From Roseburia sp. AF12-17LB (GTDB lineage Bacteria > Bacillota_I > Bacilli_A > RF39 > UBA660), in contig CAVDCT010000005.1 in NCBI GenBank assembly GCA_963607615.1, positions 30,754-94,753 on the forward strand: a stretch of DNA of 64,000 bases, written 5' to 3'. The position numbers were made by a program, and so were the translations under genes. Shown here piece by piece: positions 58,719-64,000 of the stretch. Every line of letters begins with the position of its first letter. Position 1 is the first letter of the stretch. The notes under the pieces are model-generated. The model was not told the DNA's origin. It saw only the letters and a program-made list of their open reading frames with translations, and searched no databases.

Positions 58719-59797
58719 TAAATGATAAAAAGGTTGATTATAAGTTAGTGAATATTGCTATTTTAGCTCTTATAGTTTATTTAATGTATCATACAGGACA
58801 TTTATGGATTGGTATATTTAATAAAATAGTATCAATATGTATGCCATTTTTGATAGGTTTTGGTGTTGCTTATTCTGTTTATCCTTTAGTACAAAAGATT
58901 AGAAGAAAAAATATTCCTAAAAGTTTAGCAATTTTTATTGTTATAGCAGTTTTACTTTTGCTTATTATTTTTGTTGGATATGTAATAAGTACTACTTGTG
59001 TTAGTCAGATATCAGCTTTATTTAATAGTGTAAACACATTTATTAATCAACTAGCTGATTTTGATTTTAATATAAACATTAGCGGCTTGCAGGAGACTTT
59101 AAATAAAAACTTTAAAGAAATATTAGATGGATTAACTAAATATGTATCTGATGGTGCCATTAATTTAGTTTCTTCATCTATTGATTTTCTAGGAGATCTA
59201 TTTATTGGTTTAGCGGCTTTTATATATTTTTTAATAGATATGGATAAGATTCGGAAAGGCGTAAAAAAATTTTTTAAGAAGAAAAGCAATAAAACTTATC
59301 GCTTTGTAAAATTATTAGATGGCGAAATGCGTAATTATTTAAGCGGTTTAGTACAGATAATGGTAATATCTATCTTTGAATATGGCATTGTCTATTTACT
59401 TATAGGTCATCCTAATGCTATTGTTTTAGGGTTATTAGCTGGTATTGCTAATTTAGTACCTTATTTTGGCGGTATTGCTAATAATGTTATAGCAGCTATA
59501 ACAGCTTTTATTATTAGTCCTGCTTTGTTTGTTAGAACTGTATTAGCTTTTTTCTTATTATCTAGTTTGGATAGTTATATTATAAATCCACATGTATATG
59601 GAAAAACTAATTCAATGCATCCGTTAGTAACAATATTTGCTTTATTTGCTGGTGGTATAATTTTTGGTATTATGGGAGTTCTTATTTCTTTTCCTTTGGC
59701 AATTATTATTGTTTCTTTATTTAAGTTCTATAAGGATGATATTAGTGAAGGAATTGAAAAACTTAAAGAAAATAATAAAAAAGGAGCTGCAGCTTAA
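58715..59797 (+). CDS. AI-2E family transporter (PerM/YueF-like)
   Basis: Eight-TM protein with AI-2E-like organisation. Start set to the ATG at 58715 (AAAGTGGG RBS); the track start at 58694 is a TTG. Confidence 0.75.
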   Translation: MINDKKVDYKLVNIAILALIVYLMYHTGHLWIGIFNKIVSICMPFLIGFGVAYSVYPLVQKIRRKNIPKSLAIFIVIAVLLLLIIFVGYVISTTCVSQISALFNSVNTFINQLADFDFNINISGLQETLNKNFKEILDGLTKYVSDGAINLVSSSIDFLGDLFIGLAAFIYFLIDMDKIRKGVKKFFKKKSNKTYRFVKLLDGEMRNYLSGLVQIMVISIFEYGIVYLLIGHPNAIVLGLLAGIANLVPYFGGIANNVIAAITAFIISPALFVRTVLAFFLLSSLDSYIINPHVYGKTNSMHPLVTIFALFAGGIIFGIMGVLISFPLAIIIVSLFKFYKDDISEGIEKLKENNKKGAAA

Positions 59798-59810
59798 TGC
59801 AGCTTTTTTA
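59786..59810 (+). terminator. Intrinsic terminator after the AI-2E transporter gene
   Basis: GCTGCA-gcttaa-TGCAGC hairpin followed by TTTTTTA. Confidence 0.6.
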
Positions 59811-59871
59811 TGTGTCTCTAGTTGTCAAATAATAAAAAAAATGATATGATATAACAAGTGGAGATGAACTT

Positions 59872-61197
59872 ATGACAAAAAGAATACAACCTAAGACATT
59901 ACCAGGTTTTATGGAACTATTACCTGAAGATCAGATATTATTCAATAAAATCATTGATACGATACGTGCTGTTTATGAAAAATTTGGCTTTTTACCACTA
60001 GATACACCTGTTATCGAATATTCTGAAATATTATTGGCTAAAGCTGGTGGAGAAACAGAAAAACAAATATATCGTTTTAATAAGGGAGATAATGATTTAT
60101 CATTACGATTTGATTTAACTGTTCCACTTGCTAGATATGTTGCTGAGCATTATCCATATTTAACTTTTCCTTTCAAAAGGTATCAAATAAGTAAAGTTTT
60201 TAGAGGAGAAAGACCTCAAAAGGGAAGATATAGGGAATTCTATCAATGTGATATTGATATTATTGGCAATGAAACTTTACCTTTAATTTATGATGCTGAA
60301 ATTCCTGCTATAATATATGAGATATTTAATCAATTGAACTTTGGACCTTTTGTTATTAAAATTAATAATCGAAAAATATTAAATGGATTTTTTAAGTCTT
60401 TAAATTTAATTGATGAAGCAACAGATATATTAAGAATAATAGATAAAATAGATAAAGTAGGAATAGATAATGTTCGAAAAGAACTAGTTGATTTAAATAT
60501 TTCTGATGGTAATATAGATATGATAATAAAGTTCATTGGAATTACTGGCAATAATCATGATATTCTTGAATCATTAAAAAATAGTAATATATTAGATAAA
60601 ACTTATGTTGAAGGTATAAATGAGCTTGAGGAAGTAATTAGACAGATTGAAAATTTTGGGATAAAAGAAGAGTATTACAAAATTGATTTAACGATAGCTA
60701 GAGGTTTAGATTATTATACGGGGACTGTGTATGAAACTAATTTAATAGAATATCCTAAATTGGGAAGTATTTGTTCAGGTGGGCGTTATGAAAATTTAAC
60801 TGGCTTTTATACAGAACAAAATTTGCCGGGAATTGGAATTTCTATTGGATTAACTAGGTTATTTTCTCAACTGAAGGCTGAAAATATAATTAGTTCTTCT
60901 AGAAAGAGTCTTATTGATGTATTAATCGTACCATTAGAGCAAAATAATCTTAATTATATTATGAAGGTTGCTACTAAATTGAGAGAAAACGATATTAAAA
61001 CAGATGTTTATTATGGAGATAATAGTATAAAGAAAAAAATGAAATATGCTAATAAATTAGGTGTTCCATATGTTATTATAATTGGTGAAGACGAAATTAA
61101 TAGTTGTAGTGTTTGTTTGAAAAAAATGGCAACAGGCGAACAAATAAATGTTTCAGTAGATCAAATTGCTGATATAATTAAACAAAAAGAGTCGTAA
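59872..61197 (+). CDS. hisS: Histidine--tRNA ligase
   Basis: Class II aaRS motifs (LRFDLTVPLARY; FKRYQISKVFRGERPQKGRYREFYQCD; GGRYENL) and a C-terminal anticodon-binding domain. Confidence 0.95.
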   Translation: MTKRIQPKTLPGFMELLPEDQILFNKIIDTIRAVYEKFGFLPLDTPVIEYSEILLAKAGGETEKQIYRFNKGDNDLSLRFDLTVPLARYVAEHYPYLTFPFKRYQISKVFRGERPQKGRYREFYQCDIDIIGNETLPLIYDAEIPAIIYEIFNQLNFGPFVIKINNRKILNGFFKSLNLIDEATDILRIIDKIDKVGIDNVRKELVDLNISDGNIDMIIKFIGITGNNHDILESLKNSNILDKTYVEGINELEEVIRQIENFGIKEEYYKIDLTIARGLDYYTGTVYETNLIEYPKLGSICSGGRYENLTGFYTEQNLPGIGISIGLTRLFSQLKAENIISSSRKSLIDVLIVPLEQNNLNYIMKVATKLRENDIKTDVYYGDNSIKKKMKYANKLGVPYVIIIGEDEINSCSVCLKKMATGEQINVSVDQIADIIKQKES

Positions 61198-61217
61198 AAT
61201 TTGAATGGAGGATAAGT

Positions 61218-61730
61218 ATGGTAAAATTAGTTCACCAACCAGGAGTGAAAAACAAAGAAGGTAAAAAACATACAATAAAAAGTAGAACTAAGGCTACTAC
61301 AGCATTTGCTCTTAGACAAGTTAGAGATGCTATAGTGGCTGGAGGAATAATAGCTGCAGCTCAAAATATGGTTTCTGTTCCAACGGTTGGAATAGCTGCT
61401 GTAACTGGCGCTGCAGCACCTGGAATACCAGCTGTTGGTTTAGCCGTAATTGGTGTGGCTTCTTTTCTAGGCTCAAAATTCATATTTAAGGGTGCAGAGA
61501 AGCATATTATAAAGCATCGTGAGAATGGTAAATTAACAAAGAAAGATGCTGTAACGGAAGCGTTGGCTGTAGCAGCACCTATAACAGCACTTTTGTTAGG
61601 TGGTTTTACACCTGCTGCAGTTGTTAGTATTGGTGTAGGCTCTATTGCATTAGCAAAGAAACTTCATGGTCGTAAGAAAAATAAAAAGGCTGAAAAAGAG
61701 TCTGAAAATACTGAAACAAAAACAAGATAA
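61218..61730 (+). CDS. Ala/Gly-rich small membrane protein of unknown function
   Basis: 170 aa with a basic N-terminus and two to three Gly/Ala-rich hydrophobic segments (AGGIIAAAQNMVSVPTVGIAAVTGAAAPGIPAVGLAVIGVASFLG). GGAGGA RBS. Noticeably higher GC than neighbouring genes. Confidence 0.5.
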   Translation: MVKLVHQPGVKNKEGKKHTIKSRTKATTAFALRQVRDAIVAGGIIAAAQNMVSVPTVGIAAVTGAAAPGIPAVGLAVIGVASFLGSKFIFKGAEKHIIKHRENGKLTKKDAVTEALAVAAPITALLLGGFTPAAVVSIGVGSIALAKKLHGRKKNKKAEKESENTETKTR

Positions 61731-61742
61731 TAGGAGGATAGA

Positions 61743-61976
61743 ATGATAGAACAAGGGGAAATATTAACTTTAGAAGATGATAAGGAATATGTAGTTGTTG
61801 CAACAACTATATTAGATGGAATTAATTATGTGTATTTGATTAATTCTGTAGATTATAGTAATTTCTTATTTTGTGCATATGATCAGACAGATGGATTATA
61901 TGAGATTGAAGATCCAGATTTGTTAGATGAATTGTTAAAAATATTTAATGATCAATTAAAAAGTACTGATAAATAG
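61743..61976 (+). CDS. DUF1292-like small acidic protein
   Basis: 77 aa. The pattern ILTLEDDKEYVVVATTILDGINYVYLI...DPDLLDEL matches the DUF1292 layout. AGGAGGA RBS. Confidence 0.5.
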   Translation: MIEQGEILTLEDDKEYVVVATTILDGINYVYLINSVDYSNFLFCAYDQTDGLYEIEDPDLLDELLKIFNDQLKSTDK

Positions 61977-62005
61977 AGTCTACTATATAGATTCTTTTAT
62001 TTTTT
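61977..62005 (+). terminator. Possible intrinsic terminator before aspS
   Basis: AGTCTA-ctatat-TAGATT(c) hairpin with one wobble pair, followed by TTTTATTTTTT. Confidence 0.4.
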
Positions 62006-62069
62006 GTGGACATTATTTTTTTTGTGGTGTAAAATAGTTATGTTAATAAAATTTATGAAGGAGAGTTTT

Positions 62070-63815
62070 ATGAAGATAATAGATAATAATAGTTTGTCTC
62101 TAAAAGATCTTGAAAAACAAGTAGAATTATATGGATTCGTTGCTAGGAAGAGAAATTTGGGTGGTTTAATATTTATAGATTTACGTGATCGTAGTGGCAT
62201 TATCCAATTAGTTATTAGACCAGAAGACGAATCTTATTCTGTAGCAGAGACATTACGTAATGAATATGTTATAAAAGTTAATGGAATTATAAAGGAACGT
62301 GAAAGTAAAAATGATAAGTTAGCAACTGGATCAATAGAAGTGGCTGTTAATAATTTAGAAATACTTAATACATCGTTAGAAACACCTTTTACTATAACTG
62401 ATGATACTACTGCATTAGAAGATACACGTTTGAAATATCGCTATTTAGACTTGCGTCGTTCTACTTTGCAGAATAATTTAAAAATACGTCATAAAATTAT
62501 GATGGCAACCAGAAATTACTTAGATAGTATTGGCTTTTTGGAAGTAGAAACACCTGTACTTTGTAAATCGACTCCAGAAGGAGCTAGAGATTATTTAGTA
62601 CCATCAAGGGTTAATGAGGGAAAATTTTATGCTTTACCACAATCTCCTCAATTATTTAAACAATTGTTAATGGTAGGTGGAATAGAAAAGTATTTTCAAA
62701 TTGCAAAATGTTTCAGAGATGAAGATTTACGTGCTGATAGGCAACCAGAATTTACACAAATTGATATTGAAGCAAGTTATGTAGACGAAGATGATGTTAT
62801 GTCTATTGGTGAAGGATTAATATCTCATGTTTTTAAAGAAGTAAAAGGAATTGATATTGAACTCCCTTTAAGAAGAATGACTTACAACGAAGCAATGAAA
62901 TTATATGGTTGCGATAAACCTGATTTGAGATTTGATATGCTTATTCAAGATATAACTGATTTATTTGTTAAAACTAATGTGCCTTTTTTTAAGTCAACGA
63001 TTGAAAATAAAGGCGTTATTAATTGCATAGTTGCTAAAAATTGCGCTTCATCATATTCTCGTAAAGAATTAGATAAGTTAACAGCTTTTGTTAAAAATTA
63101 TAAAGCATCTGGTTTAGCTTATATGAAATTTATTGATAAAGAACTTACTGGTAGCGTTAAAGGACTTTCTTCTATTGAAATTGAAAACTTAATAAAGGTT
63201 CTATCTTTGAAGGATAATGATTTAATTCTTATTGTATGTGGAGAGTATAGTATAACAAAAACTAGTTTAGGAGCTTTAAGATGTAAATTAGGACATGATT
63301 TAGATTTGATTAAAAAAGGTGATTATAAGTTACTTTGGGTAACTGATTTTCCAACATTTGAGTATAGTGAAGAAGAGAGACGCTATGTATCTTGTCATCA
63401 TCCTTTCACTTCACCTAAAGATAGTGATATTGATAAATTAATATCAGATAAAGCTAATTGTTATTCAAAAGCCTATGATATAGTTATTAATGGCTATGAA
63501 GCAGGTGGAGGTAGTATAAGAATTCACGATCAAAATATTCAATCAAAAGTATTTGAAGCTCTTGGCTTCAAAGATGAAGAAATTAGAGAAAAGTTTGGAT
63601 TCTTTGTTGATGCTTTAAAATATGGAACTCCACCACATGGCGGAATGGCTTTTGGATTAGATCGTTTAACTATGTTATTTGCTGAAACTGATAATATTAG
63701 AGATGTAATTGCATTCCCTAAAACTGCATCAGCATCTTGTTTGATGTCAGAAGCACCTAATATTGTATCTGAAGAGCAATTAAAAGAATTACATATTAAA
63801 TTAATAAATAATTAA
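62070..63815 (+). CDS. aspS: Aspartate--tRNA ligase
   Basis: OB-fold N-terminus, class II motifs (FYALPQSPQLFKQLLMV; FRDEDLRADRQPEFTQID; GGGSIRIHD; GLDRL). Start set to the ATG at 62070 after a GGAGAG RBS; the track start at 62004 lacks an RBS. Confidence 0.95.
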   Translation: MKIIDNNSLSLKDLEKQVELYGFVARKRNLGGLIFIDLRDRSGIIQLVIRPEDESYSVAETLRNEYVIKVNGIIKERESKNDKLATGSIEVAVNNLEILNTSLETPFTITDDTTALEDTRLKYRYLDLRRSTLQNNLKIRHKIMMATRNYLDSIGFLEVETPVLCKSTPEGARDYLVPSRVNEGKFYALPQSPQLFKQLLMVGGIEKYFQIAKCFRDEDLRADRQPEFTQIDIEASYVDEDDVMSIGEGLISHVFKEVKGIDIELPLRRMTYNEAMKLYGCDKPDLRFDMLIQDITDLFVKTNVPFFKSTIENKGVINCIVAKNCASSYSRKELDKLTAFVKNYKASGLAYMKFIDKELTGSVKGLSSIEIENLIKVLSLKDNDLILIVCGEYSITKTSLGALRCKLGHDLDLIKKGDYKLLWVTDFPTFEYSEEERRYVSCHHPFTSPKDSDIDKLISDKANCYSKAYDIVINGYEAGGGSIRIHDQNIQSKVFEALGFKDEEIREKFGFFVDALKYGTPPHGGMAFGLDRLTMLFAETDNIRDVIAFPKTASASCLMSEAPNIVSEEQLKELHIKLINN

Positions 63816-64000
63816 TTAATATAGCTTAATACTTATAAAGTGTTGGGCTTTTTTTATGGATATTTGTTAGAGTGTAATCTGAATATTGTTTTTAACTTTA
63901 TCCTTGTAATACACTTTAATTTATGATAAACTTAATATGATATAGAATATTGGGGATGGTAGTTGACTATGACTAGTATTGTTTTTGAATTTTTGAGATT

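Noticed and set aside
7691-60551. Numerous short overlapping or antisense ORFs from the six-frame track (e.g. 7691-7891, 8855-9049, 10892-11110, 11396-11681, 22151-22474, 28333-28521, 29332-29538, 30023-30205, 36364-36552, 36951-37202, 41489-41671, 47190-47429, 48390-48704, 49464-49820, 53060-53350, 53508-53705, 55095-55301, 59047-59289, 59664-59849, 60330-60551, 61997-62200)
   Set aside because: All lie inside, or antisense to, long well-supported genes with conserved domains. They lack RBSs and have the low-complexity composition expected from AT-rich alternative frames.
59798-62069. T-box leaders upstream of hisS and aspS
   Set aside because: The intergenic spaces (about 75 nt and 93 nt) are too short for a T-box riboswitch (about 200-300 nt) and contain no AGGGUGGNACCGCG T-box sequence.
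1-64000. CRISPR arrays, transposases/IS elements, integrases, prophage genes, tRNA/rRNA genes
   Set aside because: No regularly spaced short direct repeats were seen. The only tandem repeats are the in-frame 84-bp repeats and the dockerin duplication. No DDE transposase, tyrosine or serine recombinase, or phage structural-gene signatures were seen, and no tRNA cloverleaf candidates were noticed in intergenic regions.

Overview
This 64-kb window appears to be a low-GC (roughly 28-30% GC) Firmicutes/Bacillota chromosome segment; almost all genes lie on the + strand. Housekeeping genes (rpoD, trmK-like, mutS, parE/parC, rsmD, folD, comN-like, secDF, rel, dtd, hisS, aspS) flank two accessory blocks. 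Block 1 (about 18.8-25.4 kb) encodes cell-wall hydrolases, including a secreted GH73-like enzyme with tandem dockerin repeats immediately upstream of a membrane-anchored protein with a cohesin-like module. Block 2 (about 25.5-50.3 kb) is a large wall-teichoic-acid/glycopolymer locus. It contains tagO, a DHHW+MBOAT acyltransferase pair, four TagB/TagF-family glycerophosphotransferases (two fused to GT2 domains), a CsbB-like GT2 plus GtrA plus two tandem polytopic GT-C-like paralogues, TarI-like cytidylyltransferase plus SDR reductase, and tagG/tagH. The most striking element sits inside that locus: a ~610-nt GC-enriched region with no ORF, its own sigma-A promoter and intrinsic terminator (47445-48054). 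It is immediately followed by a separately promoted small 4-TM membrane protein. I interpret it as a large structured ncRNA, possibly OLE-like with an OapA-like partner, but I cannot confirm the family from memory. Other notable items are an acidic tandem-repeat lipoprotein, an orphan 745-aa cytoplasmic protein, a class I amidotransferase gene between parE and parC, and scattered fragments of the Bacillus ylb gene neighbourhood. No CRISPR arrays, transposases, integrases, tRNA or rRNA genes were seen. Many start codons in the ORF track (TTG/GTG-extended) were trimmed to the nearest RBS-supported start.
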